DNA of 64,000 bases from Oopsacas minuta. Its lineage: Eukaryota > Animalia > Porifera. Positions 24,643 through 38,074 of this stretch are shown here, piece by piece. The stretch covers positions 62,001-126,000 of the forward strand of contig JAKMXF010000002.1 in NCBI GenBank assembly GCA_024704765.1, written 5' to 3'. Each line of letters starts with the position of its first letter. Positions within the stretch are counted from its first letter, which is position 1. Below the pieces are notes generated by a model. It was not told where the DNA came from, searched no databases, and saw only the letters and a program-made list of their open reading frames with translations. The translations under genes were made by a program, and so were the position numbers.

Positions 24643-25313
24643 AGGCAGCCTAGGGTTTGACTTTCCAATATATAATACTTGACATTTATCAAGATTTAAG
24701 ACATACAGTTCAACTCTGACCAGTTAGAAATATACTACTTGATAAAGATAACCGACATTCAACAGAATGTGAATTGCAGTATAGCTTAATATCGCCAGCA
24801 AAAGATGAAACATGTGTAAGATCGTCCAGTTTAAACAAACTATATTCAGAGCTTGAAGGAAGGTCATAAGTATTTATAATAGAGAATATAGGGCCTTATC
24901 AATCCTTGTGGAACACCACTCGAGACCCTGGTCCAGTTTGAGAAAGATTTACCAATTCTAACTCATTTCCTTCCAGATAAATTTGATTTTAACCAATTCA
25001 AAGATTTCCCCTTACACCAATATATTCCAGCTTGTCTATTAGTATATTTTGTTAAACTTTATCAAAAGCTTTCGCGAATTCCATATAGACAACGTCTAAA
25101 GGCAACCCCTTGTCAATTGCATACGTCCATTCCTCAATTACTTCTACTAACTGATTACACATGATTTTTTAGGCAAGAACCCATGCTGTTTGACTTGAAT
25201 TATGTTTTGCTGAGTAGGTTTGATGATATTCTGAAATATTTTGACCACCATAGATGTTAGGGGATCAGGTCTATAATTCTCGGAAGAACACGTGAACCTT
25301 TTTGAGGTATAGG
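24643..25313 (-). mobile_element. CR1/L2-type LINE reverse transcriptase segment
   Basis: PIPQKG..ENYRP, QHGFLPKKSC, LDVVYMEFAKAFDKV, SGVPQG, degenerate FAGDIKLY and LDKCQVLYIG. Confidence 0.9.
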
Positions 25314-25315
25314 TA

Positions 25316-26643
25316 CAGTCTGACACGACATTATCTACAATTTTCAAATTGTTTCCTAAGAACCCGTAATATTGCAAAAGCACGAAATTGATATATCTCG
25401 ATCAATTTACATAAACAATATAATACATGGTTTTGTTAGTTCAAGATTTTTTGATTTTTTACATCATTTCTTTGATTTTATCGCATCATCCTTGGTGATT
25501 ACTGAGTATTTATCCCTATTCTGTGGTGAACTATAATTCTTCCAAATAAATGCAAGAAGCCAAAAGTCAAGAGGTTTCGGAGTTCTTAAAATTGAAAACA
25601 ACTATAAAGTCAATTGCAAAGCGATGTGGAGTTTCTTTGAAGACCGTGTATAATGTCAAAGCTACAGTGTCAGATTCCAAGAATTTGAAGCATCGAAAAG
25701 AAGCTGGTAGACCGATGAAATGCCTAAAAATAGCAAGATATCTCTTGCAGCCAAGCTCCGAAAAAATCCACGAGTATCTGTAAGAAGGATAGCAATTGAA
25801 TTTCAGGTCACTCAGGATTTAGATATATCTAGAGAGTCGGTACGGAGGACAATAAAGAGTATGGGGCTTTCTAAGAAAGTTCCGATCAGAGGGCCGGGAA
25901 TCACTCACCAGAAAGAGAAAATACGTGTCGATTGGGCCAAGGAACATAGGAATATTCACTGGCACCAGATAATATTCACAGATGAATGTTCTATCTGGCT
26001 AAATCAGGGTAGAATTCGAATGTGGACAAGAGGTGAACGACCAACCCTCAATATTCCACGGCATACTCCCAAAGTACACATTTGGGGAGGAATTTCTGCT
26101 CCAGGTACCGCCCCAGTAAAGGTATTCAAGCATAACTTTAATTCAGAACATTATTGTAATGTTTTAAATGAAGTTCTGTTTCAGATTTCAGAAACATTAT
26201 ACCCTGATGGCTGGAAATTGCAAGAGGATAATTCGAGTATCCATACATCAAAGTTTTCATGTGGTTTCAAAGAGACAGACCGTGTTAGAAGCTAGACTGG
26301 CCTCCCAATAGCCCGGATCTCAGCCATATCGAGAATTTATGGGGTGCACTGAAGCACAGAATAATGGTCAACGCTCCAAAGACAATTGAAGAAGTGGAGA
26401 GTATAATATATTCTCAGTGGGAAACGTTTGAAACTGATTTTCTTTCTAGTTTCACAAGTTCTATGAAAAAGGTGTGATCTGGTAACTGCCTCGGGTGGAT
26501 AAAAGATTAACTATTAGTAACATTATTGTTTTAGGTAATATCTATCACTCCTATACAAGAAATGTATCGTCAATTTCTTTAGTAATCAATGCTAAATTGG
26601 ATCATAGTTAATTTATAATTGTAAATAATTTCGTGTCAGACTG
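25316..26643 (+). mobile_element. Defective Tc1 element (DD34E), 1,328 bp, inserted in the LINE RT
   Basis: TA|CAGTCTGACACGACATTATCTACAATT ... AATTGTAAATAATTTCGTGTCAGACTG|TA. Motifs IFTDEC, LQEDNSSIH and WPPNSPDLSHIENLW. Frameshifts near 25720 and 26290. Confidence 0.95.
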
Positions 26644-26645
26644 TA

Positions 26646-28030
26646 CTGTATCCATCCATTTCAAATCGTTTTGGGAAGATTCCCGCTTGTATGCGATTGG
26701 AAAAGATAATGTATAAAGGAAAAGCTAAAAATTAGAGTACATTTTTAATAATTTGGGATGAATACAATCCGGACCTGGTATTTTGATACCAATAATAGTT
26801 CCAACTGCTGCAGTACCATTTCTTCAGCTAGTTCCAAATCAAATACATGGTTTACGATATATAATAGAGGAGCTTTGAAAGCTCCCCTCTCTCCTGGAGA
26901 GTTGAAAACGGATGAGAAGTGCTTGGAAAACATATTAGCTAATTGTGATTCACTAGTTAATTTGCAAAATGAGTCCATTAGAGAAATATTGTGATTTGTA
27001 TCAATCATCTGCTGCTTAGCGTAGGGAATTTCTTGATATTTAGGGGTGTGTTAAGATTTAGAGATGTAATAGTAGGTGATAATTTTACCTTTGGACCCTT
27101 CCCTGTGATATCTCAGTCATTCTGCTTGGAGGTATCTTCAATCACAGCATTTCCTCTCCTATTGCAACGTTTGCGAGGTTCTTCGGAAACTTCTCTCCTT
27201 AACTCGGTTCATAGATCATTCTGAAGAATTCTCTCCTCCTGTGCAAGGTCCGGTTTCAAATACACCTTGCTATATCTAGAGTGGTTTTAAGCTTATGGCC
27301 ATTAGCGACTAAGCTTTCCCTAGTGAGTTTAAAATCCAGCTTATCCTCACCGGTTTAGGTTTGTCATCTTCACGAACTCTCCCTAGTCAGCAAATATCAA
27401 CCACTTTATGTTTCTCCTCAATCACTCCGCAATAGCTAAGTACTCTTTTGAACAATCCTGAAGTTCAATGCTTTCTGAGAAACCATGAACAATAATGTTT
27501 TTTCACGCTTCTTCATCTCATTCTCTTTGTACGCAGCAGTCTTTCGATTAACTTCCTCTTCCTTCAATAGACTTGATCATCCTCCCTCTGAGGCAGCCTT
27601 AGAGTAAGATAAGGGGTAAGTAGAATTTTCTCTCAATGAAGCACACTCTCTTCAACTTTATTATTTAGTTGAGCTAAAGTAATGGTAAACGTTGTTACGC
27701 AGACACGTAGCTCTACTTCTCTATTAGCAATAAGCTCATTTTTTGATTGTTCCTTGTCCGAGCAGACAATATACTAAGCTTCAAATCTGACTTGGAGAAA
27801 GAATTTAATTTATCTTCCGAAGCCTTATTCAACGAATTTAGCCATTTAGCTAACTCATCTACACCCTAATCGCTTGACAATGGAATCCTGACTATGAGGC
27901 CATTACTATCCACACCGGCATGATTCTTCTTGGTCGTTGATCTAGGGGAAGTAGTCGCAGGAATCTTCTTCTTTCCTCTGTCTTGTGTTCTTTCACCCTC
28001 ATTAGACATAACGATAAAAGTTTGTAACTT
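26646..28030 (-). mobile_element. CR1/L2-type LINE 5' segment (ORF1 remnant plus pre-RT linker)
   Basis: ORF1-like DKPKPVRI...VYLKPDLAQEER, then LANMFSKHFSSVFN and a PGPDCIHPKLL-like stretch. No AP-endonuclease motifs seen. Confidence 0.7.
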
Positions 28031-28625
28031 GTTCATGAAAGTTTTATTGAAGTTTTATAAAACTAATTGCTATAAGTTTTTATATGAAAGATTTGTAAAG
28101 TTTTAGTAAGGGCAAACCGATGTGACGCAATCAAGAATATGCCAATATTGGTCATTATTAAGATAACACAATAATGATTAGAGAAATCGTATCAAAATGT
28201 ATTACAATGACATGTTTTTATGTTCGGAATTGATTGAATAAGCTAGAAGATCCCCAGGGCTGATCTTTGGCATCTAGGGTAATTTTTCGCCTGGCTGGGA
28301 CATGTTTGAGTCTGGGAGGAAAATTCACGCCTATTTCGAAATTATGACCTAATTTAAACCTTTTGAGATAATCGATACATCTCAGCATTTACCATTGCTC
28401 AGCCAATAAATATTAAGCAGTTTGAAATTTAAATCATAGTTACACCTCATTATGTCAAATTTCCTGATGTCATGAATTTACCAAAAATGAAAAGTAATTA
28501 TGGAAATATTAAGTAATTATGACTCTACAACAAAAACCAATTTTTGATAATTTCATATATCTCGAGGTACGAAGTTCCGACATCAGTAACCAAAAGCCAC
28601 ATAGCAGCTCCAGTATTACTACATA

Positions 28626-28775
28626 AGGCCGCGGCCAAAGTGTTAAGTTCGTAACGAAAAGGAACACGATCATTTTAGCACTTCGTTTTAACTATTCCCG
28701 CACCCTAATAAAGATTTCAGCACCTTTTGACGCCATAAAATGACACACTTTCTCCACAGTATTCTGGAAGATGGA
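28626..28775 (+). repeat. Dispersed repeat, possibly a Zator/Harbinger-type end (TAA|GGCC)
   Basis: ~140 bp similar to 31955-32085 (TTCGTAA.GAAAAGGAAC...CACTTCGTTTTAAC..TTCCCGCA...GCACCTTTTGACG.CATAAAA). Confidence 0.5.
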
Positions 28776-29047
28776 ATTTGGTTGTACCATGGAGGATAAC
28801 AAATTTAGAGTTGAGTATACCAAAGTTATGTACCTGTACCTGTTATCGGATCAATATAAAATTTCACTGTGTTTCTGGATCGTGTAGATTATAAAAATGC
28901 AATGAAATACGAACATAATGTATATAGGGGAAAATAAAGAAAATTTTCGGAGCCTCAGTTATACGATTTGTGGAATATTTAAAATGATTTTCATCTATAT
29001 GCTTGAAATACCTTGATGTATCTATTAAGTGCATAGATTGTGTATAT

Positions 29048-29647
29048 CAGGACCGTGTCCATGAAAATCAAGTAGTCCGGTTGGATACTGCACAAATAAG
29101 ACAAAGTGGTCATGTTAACTTGTACAACTGAACCAATTGGTGACATATTAGAAATATGCTAGCAAAATCGGTCAGGTTGAAACCTACCAACCGTGCCGAT
29201 GGCTACGACTTTCAGTATAGTATATATATTATATAAAAGTGTGACTATAGCCACTGCTATAATTCTAGGCAATAATAATATTTAATATCCTTCCAGAGGT
29301 GGGTTAAAAGTATACCTAGAACGCCAGGAGGATCTTAATCGATCTCAGATAGTAGTTACGTGTTGAGATCAGGTCATTAATATTTCGGATTATAATCATA
29401 CGCATGTCACAAAGAAATACAAGAAAAAGATTGTTAACTAAGAGCTTACTATATTACAATGCTCGGCTCAATGTGACTTGTTAAATACCTTTAATTAACA
29501 ATTAGATGAATCCCAACCATAACCTGAGAAACCTGCCTAAGTGGTCAGGTTAACTTAACCAACCTGACTGGGTAATGAGGTTAACTTGACCAACCTGAGT
29601 GAGTGGTCAGGTTAGCCTAACCAACCTGACCAGCGGCCACGGCCCTG
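29048..29647. mobile_element. Possible hAT-like MITE with an internal palindromic ~30-bp tandem array
   Basis: Ends CAGGACCGTGTCC / GGCCACGGCCCTG. Three CAGGTTAAC..AACCAACCTGA-like units at 29540-29632. No clean TSD. Confidence 0.4.
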
Positions 29648-30058
29648 TATATGCATTGTCAATTTTGATACAATACCACCCACTGGGGGATATTAAACAA
29701 TCCGTCGCGGAACTTATTGGAAGAAAAGTTAGTTTGATTTACAAATTATTCGTCAAGTTAATTGTTAGAATCCACAAATGAGCATAAAAACTGGAAAAAT
29801 CATTTAGTTATTTTCTTATGCCACGTTGTTACTACCCACAACAATTGAATAATGATTACTACTGAAAATATTCCCACCTGCCAATAACTCGGCCTATAAT
29901 CGAACTTCTAAAGAAGTTATTGTGCTGATCTTCTCAAATAATATATTAGAGATCCAAAGTACAGTAGACCCTATCAAATCCGGACCACGTTGTTCGTACC
30001 TTCGCTAATCTGGACAGGGCTGAAAGATTCTACATTGATTGGAAATTTGTCTTAAACT

Positions 30059-30946
30059 TAATCGCTTGACACAATTTTTCAATTCGTCAACTTAATAATC
30101 ACTGTTTATGGTTGTCTTCTCAGGCAACCAGTCAAGGTGTATAATTCCTTCCCTATCTCAAAATACTGTTGCCATTCTCTTCCCCGTTGATTTTGTGGGT
30201 TTACCTTGATGGGTACAGGTTCATCACGTCTCTTCCACTGTTCGATTAGGTTTTGCTCTCTGATTCATAATAATGAAACCAAGTTTCATCCCCCGTCACT
30301 ATACGATCCAAAAAGTCTCCCTCTGCCTTGTATCTTGAAAGTAATTCTTTGCTAACTCTGACCCTTTCGCGTTTTTGTTCTTTCGAAAGAAGTTTTGGGA
30401 CCCAACGTGTAGTTACCTTTGACATTTCCAGATCTTCAGTGATAATCGAGTGTAGTGTCACTTTTATATGCCTACCTCTCTTCTAACTCTCTCAGGGTTA
30501 TTCGTCTGTCCTCATCCAAAATTGTTTGGACCCTCTCGACACTACTGCGGTTTTTGGAGGAAGTTGGACTGCCTGGACGAGGATCATCGTGGAGTTCCTC
30601 ATCGCCATTATCAAAACGTTCGATCCATCTATATATGGTGGCTTTCGAAGGATGTTCATCACCAAAAATATCCTGCATTTCACGAAGAATGTATGAGCCA
30701 GTCTTCCTCTTTTCCACAGGTACCAAATTATTTGTCGTCTAACTTCTTTGCCAAAATCTATTAGTTGAAAAAAGTAGCCTATACAAATGAAACTTTATAC
30801 TGAAGAATATGCTAGTAGAGCAAAGACTATATTGTATAGAAGTTAGACAATCAAGTTAGGCTTGTAATCTGATATTAAGTTTAGAGCTGTAACACCTAGA
30901 ATATGAATTCGATGCATTAGTTTCATTACTTATTGAACAACACTTG
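30059..30946 (-). mobile_element. 3'-truncated copy of the mariner at 13297
   Basis: Near-identical to the first ~890 bp of 13297-14588. 5' TIR plus TA at 30946-30948. Retains IVTGDETWFHYYE. Confidence 0.95.
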
Positions 30947-31428
30947 TAGATCTTGGTGCTGTACAATTTGCAAGAGAGTATGGTCGGGGGCACATATATT
31001 CACAGGAGCAACTTGGTCTATTTTGGTGGTACGCGCCCACTTTAGAAATTTGGTACTCACCCAGATTTGACTCCACGATGATACAAAAAAGTATAGTGTG
31101 GGCTGGCACATGGTTGTCAAGTCTCACGGATTTCAAACGTGTCTCACTTTAACATTAAAGGTTACAACCATAGACTCTTTAAATAGATGGCCTAGTATCT
31201 GGCAATCTTAGATTAGGGAACTTGGACCCATGTATTATGATGCAGCTTTGCGTTGTTGCGTCATAAAAATGGCAGTTCCTAGCACTACCGGCCACTCTAA
31301 GCAGCTCGTGTTGCTGTATAATGAATTTCTTCAGGTTCGTAGCCAGGGGCAGGTAGGACCATGGCACCAACTGTAATTCTTATGTCCTTACCACATTTTC
31401 TCATCTCTTTCGCCCTGAATATATTATA

Positions 31429-31812
31429 CAGTCAAACTTGTCAATTATGGTCACCGATTGGACTAGCCAAAAGTGACCGTTATATACACGTGGCCGCGAT
31501 TGAAAGGTTGCCGTTACAGACAGGTATGGTAGTAATTTGAAATTATTGGCCTTTATGTAGAAAAGGTGTCTATTAACACAGGTTACAGATATATATGATA
31601 ATAGAATGGACATGTTTAATGATGGCATCCACGAAATTGTCAAAGATGGACTTTATGGGAGGTAACCGCTATATAAAGTGGCAGTTATAGACAGTTTTAG
31701 CGCCATTAAGGGACCAAAAATGGTGGCCGCTACACAGAGGTCATTATAATGGGAATAAGGGGGACTGTTTTATGTGGCTGCTATGTGCATGTGACCGTTC
31801 AGCAGTTTGACT
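31429..31812. mobile_element. pogo/Tigger-type MITE (family of 12414-12842, opposite orientation)
   Basis: TA|CAGTCAAACTTGTC ... CAGTTTGACT. Confidence 0.7.
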
Positions 31813-32504
31813 TGATATAATCTGTTAATTTGTCATAGACTACTACAGTAGAATCTCCCAAAGTGGAGCGTCGAGGAAGTCCAGATTTTTCTTACAGTAT
31901 GATTACCCAACTTTGATGAAAATTGTATTTTAGTTTACGCAATCATTAGCCAGTTACGTGCGAACTGTTACATTCGTAAAGAAAAGGAACTCTAATATTT
32001 TCCACTTCGTTTTAACCAATTCCCGCAACAAACCGAGATTTTGGCACCTTTTGACGTCATAAAACTACACATTTCCCTGCCATATTCGGTTAATTACAAA
32101 TTTTGTCTCTATGAACATTTAATGTCATGTCAAGATGGCAGAATATTCTTCGATTATTTAATACCAGCGCGCTGCGCCATAGCTTAATACCTCAGGTTAG
32201 CAATTTGGACAGTGGGAAATTTTGAGTAGTCATGATGACGAAATAATCCCATGGTGAGTTTCTATTTGGTCAGAATCATGACGTCAGGACATTTGTCACA
32301 TTGAGGGGTACCTGTGATTCAAATCTCAAAGTCATTCGGAAATTCCAGAATATATTTAATTTCTGAATGAACAGTGGACATACGGATGCACCCCACACGC
32401 AGTAAAATTCTTTTCGAAAACTTTTATATCCGAAGGCCGCAGTCCGCCCACCATTGATTTTAACTTATCTTATAGCCTATTCTCATCGTAACCAGTGTCC
32501 AGAG

Positions 32505-33196
32505 CAATGGTTCTCAAACTTTTATAAATGATATTTGCTCCACTTTTAATTTGGGAATGTACTTACGGTTCCATGGAGTTATCAACAGAAACATTCTAAC
32601 AATACATTTGTTTACCTTCTTCATACTGAGAATTATGACAAAAATAGTCTGTACTACATCTAAAACTTATTACCAACCATTTTAGTCACAATTAGACAAA
32701 TACTGTTGCTATTTTGTTTTTTTTTTATGATATTCCTCATTTAGATTTTCTCAATTTTTGCCACTCTACAAAAATCCTATGCCTGCACTAGCTTCAAAAT
32801 TTCCAAGTGTCTATTGTGGCTTACCGTAATTACTCATAGATTAGCCTGGCAATTATATATTTAGCTTTTCTCAAAGAATTTTACCATGTTTAACATCGGT
32901 AGTATTTGAAAAATATCTGGTTTTTAGACCATTTTCAGTTAGCATTGTTGAAACCCTTTTCCTTTTTTGTGTTTTTATTTGGTGTAAATTCAAATGTATT
33001 TCATTTTTGTATTCATAATATAATCATTTAAGTATACTTAAAGATATTTCAGACTAATAAACTAGAATCATCTATGGTGTGATATAACCGATAGTAAGAT
33101 GAGTTAACTTAAAATATCCTACTCTATAAAAGGCTAAATGTACATTTGTTTTTATATAATCTCGCGGTTCCGCGGACTTCTGTATGGGAACCACTC
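32505..33196. mobile_element. hAT Charlie/Buster-type MITE
   Basis: CAATGGTTCTCAAAC ... CGCGGTTCCGCGG...GGGAACCACT. Flanks GTCCAGAG / CTCCAGGG resemble the NTCTAGAN target. Confidence 0.55.
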
Positions 33197-33767
33197 CTCC
33201 AGGGACAAATTTTCTTGGACAAGTGGGAGGTCGGAAAATGGCCCTTGTGTAGCAATTATCACATAAAATAAGTAAGATAAGACTCTGAAGTTTTCAACAT
33301 AATGTGAACATGAAATAGCGAGTACCGTCTTAGTTCCAATATTTGCTCCCTGAGGCTCCTAAAAATTATTAACTGCTTAAACTGAATCGTTATTCCTTTT
33401 TATTTTGGTCAATCTACTGTTTGAAAGGGTAAATACACATAATGCAAGCACATAGGTATGATTATATCAAAATTATCTTGCTTACAATAATCGCAACTTC
33501 ACTCTTAATTAGGGTGTACCGGTACAAAATCCGAAAATTTTTGCGCAATAATCTTATCTTGTATATTTTCAATAAGTCGCCTTTTTACTGTAGCTGTACT
33601 CTTTGAGATGAATCGTAGTTATGAAGTGACGAACATACGGTTGTCGTGCATCGATCTTGGAAGTGATGCTTGCTAGTTTACACAAATTCCAAAATTGTAA
33701 ATTTGATATTTTACAAAGATTTCTCATTCCAAATTTACTGTTTTATCATATCTTTAGCACTTATAGC

Positions 33768-33992
33768 ATGTATCAGAAGCCCAGTTGCTTTCAACAGGTT
33801 AAAACAGGTTTTGGTATTGGTATGGCAGTTGGTGCTGGTATTGGTGTTATATTTGGCACGTGGGGAGCTGTTAAGATGCGATTGAAGGGAAGAGAATTAG
33901 TCTATGGATTGGGTAAAACTATTGTGCAAACAGGATTTACGTTTGGTTTCTTCATGTCCATTGGACAAGCAATTCGCGGATGCACTTCGTGA
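33768..33992 (+). CDS. ROMO1: Reactive oxygen species modulator 1 / Mgr2 (mitochondrial inner-membrane, TIM23-associated), 74 aa
   Basis: MYQKPSCFQQVKTGFGIGMAVG...GRELVYGLGKTIVQTGFTFGFFMSIGQAIR matches the ROMO1 signature (PSCF..VK.GF..G.AVG; GREL...GKT..QSG.TFG.FM.IG..IR). The true start may include a short upstream exon, since TTATAG before the ATG looks like an acceptor. Confidence 0.95.
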   Translation: MYQKPSCFQQVKTGFGIGMAVGAGIGVIFGTWGAVKMRLKGRELVYGLGKTIVQTGFTFGFFMSIGQAIRGCTS

Positions 33993-36953
33993 TATATATA
34001 TATATATATATTTTTAGACAAATTCAAACGAGTTTCTACAATATGATATAGTTGTCCGATCACTGAGAATTTCATTTTCTGTAATGATAAATTCCAATTT
34101 CAACTATCCTCGGAATTTATAACTTCTGAAACGTATTAGACCATTTTTGAAACCTAATGACTCTAACATTCTATTTTGTTTTTGTTATGATTGATGTTTG
34201 ATAAATATCAAATTGTTTTTGTTTAATTCAGCACACAGACTTGTATGACCAAATCTTGAAACATCATTGCGGGGATTTCATCCACCTAGGGGCCAATCCG
34301 TTTATACGAATTTTATTATTATTATTCCATTATCGGTCAGTTGCTTATCTAATGTCACTTAATATATATGTTCTATAATCATTCTTGAAATTTGGCTGAA
34401 ACTATCACAAAAATCGTAACGAGTGACTCTTAGTACTGTAGACCCTCGATTATCCAAAACCTCTGTAATAAAACTGCGGAAGAACATTTTAATTGTGGAA
34501 ATTGTCCACATTAAATGTCAACAAAGAGCTGTATACGGCTTTAATATTATGTTTTCCGATGATGTAATTAACTTGGACCCATATTGCTATAAATATGTAA
34601 TCAAATATTCCAAATTACACTTCTGTATTTTCATATAACCTTGAACTGTGAATTTCAGATAAGAAAATGCACTACAATGGTGTCAGGTAAATAACAAATC
34701 AAATTTTGCACGATATTTCTTGCTAATAGGCGAATTTGCAATTTAACAAGTTTTCCTTTTGTGTGATGCTAGTCTAAACAATCTATTTTCTTTAATCGGG
34801 TTCTTCTATTTATCCCAGTATTGATCACCATACTGGGTCTTATATAATGGTAGTAACACGATGATCATAGAACTGGACAATATGATACTTATGTAGAACG
34901 GATTCAATGATCAAAACGTTGTCCGGTTCTTTGCAGTTTTAAAATTTGAGTTTGTACTGTTGATATTTTAGGAATTAGTGAATCGAAAATGAATGCGGTA
35001 CTACAAACCACTTTGATTAATTCATACTGTTCAGATATATCAGAAGAGTATTTAGAAATATATTCCGAGTAGGCGTTTTTGTAATCTTAAGACAATAATT
35101 TTGCAATTTATATACATTAAATTGGCCAACAGATGCATATTATTTACTAGAAACAGTATTTATAAGAACTATGATGAGATATGAGGAAAATAAAGAGTAG
35201 ATAGAAACGAAGAAGAAGTTAACACCCAATTAAATTCTATAAAGTGTTCACTTCAATCGTTTATTTGACCGACTCTCCCTATAGCTAAAGAAAAATACTT
35301 GTTATTATTCGAGAGTATAGCGTTGGTGGATTACGAAAATGTCATCAGAATTATAAAATATGTGTGCTGACTTAGCATTGAGGTTTTGAAAATTTTTCCA
35401 TTCGTGTCAACTATAATGCTGTAATTGACCAGCTTCTCATCATTATTTTGATAAGGTTTTCTTCTACATCCTATTGAGGGTTGGTGGATTAGGTGTTTCC
35501 AATTCTTTTACAAATATTCATTGCATTTTGAAATATTGTATTTTGAAAAATTCAACGAGGAAGTTAGTCTAGGGTCATTTCAGTCACTAATTTGACTCAC
35601 TTATACTCATTGGATTTAAACGAAATTAGTATCATTGAAAAGAGGAGAGTTGAACGTTTTAAGTAATGTGTTTTATTTATACACCTTTACTTTTAGTTAG
35701 TTCTTTGTTTTAAATTTTAAGTGTCACGACTCCCTTGAATTTACTCACCTGAAATCAGAATTCGATTCTGAAATTATATATTCATACTTTGGTGATATGG
35801 ACGTTTATTAAAATTCAGATTCAATTTCATTAATAATATTAACAACTCGCGGAGCTAGAAGAATTCAAATTTTCAGTCGGGAGTTAGAATGGTATGGGAT
35901 TAATCATATTCTACATAAAATAGGGTCAATTCAAACTGAAATTTCTTGCCCTAAATCCGCCTGAATTTAATCATTTTTCTGCTAATTGATAGTTGAAAAA
36001 TAGACGTTTATAAGATTATCGATAATTTCGTGAATCACTAAATTATCACCAGCAACTTCCTCCAAAAATCGATAATTTCTGATGTTTTTTTGTGTATTAC
36101 GAATTCTAACTTTGAGATAAATTCTTGAAGTTATTTTTCTTCATAACCCCTTCAAAATTTATCGATACTTTCTTTTGTATCTTATAATTTAATTTCCTTA
36201 AAAACCTGGGGGTCTCTGGTACTTTTTTTTATCATTTTGTGGTAATATATTTTAAAGGGTTCATTCGTTTTGTGTCAATTTTATACTTAATTCTTGTGCA
36301 AATAAGTAAATACGTATGTTACTAGTAAACATTTGCGTCAATCTTATGGTATTTTTCTTCGTAACTAACATATGTTATTTTATCTAAGCGCCTAAAACTT
36401 GTCGTATGGTGATAAATATATATGATGTAAGTAAGACTGTAACTGAGTGTTCAATATGTTTCATAATTTTCGCAATCTATATATACACTTGAATTCGAAG
36501 TAAGACACGATATGTTACTTAATGTATGGGCATCATCTGCCTCTGATTTAGCGTGTAAAAATTTGAACAAGTCGATTTCGTTAATGGTATTGATAAAGAA
36601 AATTCTGAAGGAAATTACTTTTATTTTTCAATACATCTGACGCCTTGTTGTGGGTAGTTGGCGCAAAATTCTATGGGTTATATAATGTTAGAAATATATC
36701 TGAATGTTTGCAATGAAATGATGCATGTTTTATTGATGAGTGTTTTGACTTTGTTAGTTTTCTGGTTAGCTCTCACATAACCTGGTCCTAGTTAGTTTAT
36801 CAAATGTATGATAAAAATAACTCTGTTTAAGTGTTAGAGGTTAGCTCTGGAGTTGACTTTGGGATTTAAAGTTGTGAATCTGGAGAATTTTATTTCGAAA
36901 TCAAATAATAGGATAGTTTGTGCACTACTGTTTCGAACCATCGAATGTCATTA

Positions 36954-37900
36954 TCAGGGCGTTCAATAAGACTTGCAAGTCATGTTATATCTCAGAAATT
37001 AGTCAAGTAATATATCAAACTTTTATATATTATAAGCCCCTATAATTAAACTCCATATACTGAAAGTTTCAAGCTAATTCAATACACAAATTATGATTTA
37101 TTGAGATAATTCCGTATAATCAATTAATACCTACTGTTCGATTTATGCCTTCAAAGGATGATCATTTCATCCTCAGATGGCGAGCTTACATAGAGTTTCG
37201 CACAATACTTAAGATTGAGCCCGTACAGATGTTCAGCGAGCTACAAAGAGATATTCTGCGTGGATTGCCCTTTCAGATCTACTGTAGAGCGATGGGCTGC
37301 CCGTTTTAGATCTGGTGATGCTGATGTCACAGATTTGCCTCGATCTGGGAGACCGGTATCCGCCACCACTTCAGAGAATATCGTACTGATTGATGGTACG
37401 ACTGAATATTGCCAAGAAACTCTTGGAAACTTATGAGAACTGCGATTTAAGACGCCTAACAGAGATTATTACTGTTGACGAGACGTGGGTGTACTATTCA
37501 ACACCATATAGCAAGTATAGGAAGCGATCATGGGTGAGGGGCAATGAACAACCGGTGAAAAGTCCTAGGCCCGACTTCCGAAACCTAAGATTATGTATAC
37601 CATCTTCTTCAGTAGTCATGGAATTGTCTTGCAATTACCTTGTGAGAGTGGCAAGGCTTTACTAATACTTTCTTTACAGAGCAAGTGCTTCCAAACTTGA
37701 TAAAGAATTTACAAAAGTACCGCCCAAAAACTGGAACTCGAGGAATGAAGATTTTTTTGATAACGCCAGTTCCCATACAGCTAAGCTAACCAAAATTTTC
37801 TGGGATGTATAAGGGTTTGGTTTACTTCCCCATCCACCATTCTCACCAGACCTAGCTCCTTGTGATATTAGTCTATTCGCCAAGCTTAAAATCTACCCTC
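36954..37900 (+). mobile_element. Degraded mariner element (third family), with internal deletion and no 3' TIR seen
   Basis: 5' end TCAGGGCGTTCAATAAG. Motifs RSTVERWAARFRSG, RSGRP, IITVDETWVYY, DNASSH and HPPFSPDLAPCD. Confidence 0.85.
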
Positions 37901-38074
37901 AAGTCAATGATTTTAGCACATTACTCGAAAATAAGTTTGGCATATTAGTAGAAGAGAAAATTCTCAAATATAATATGTTAAAGTGTGCTCGATTTGTTGG
38001 TGCCAAATTCACATTATTCTTAGTATCTAGTCTTCCCGTGTCTTATGTCAACCCGATTTTCTGAAGCGTGTAGG

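Noticed and set aside
33657-33767. N-terminal extension of ROMO1 in the ORF track (111 aa)
   Set aside because: It starts at a non-ATG codon, looks intron-like (AT-rich, acceptor-like end) and has no similarity to ROMO1.
34680-36900. Possible decayed retroelement or gene
   Set aside because: No ORF of 60 aa or more and no motif could be identified with confidence.
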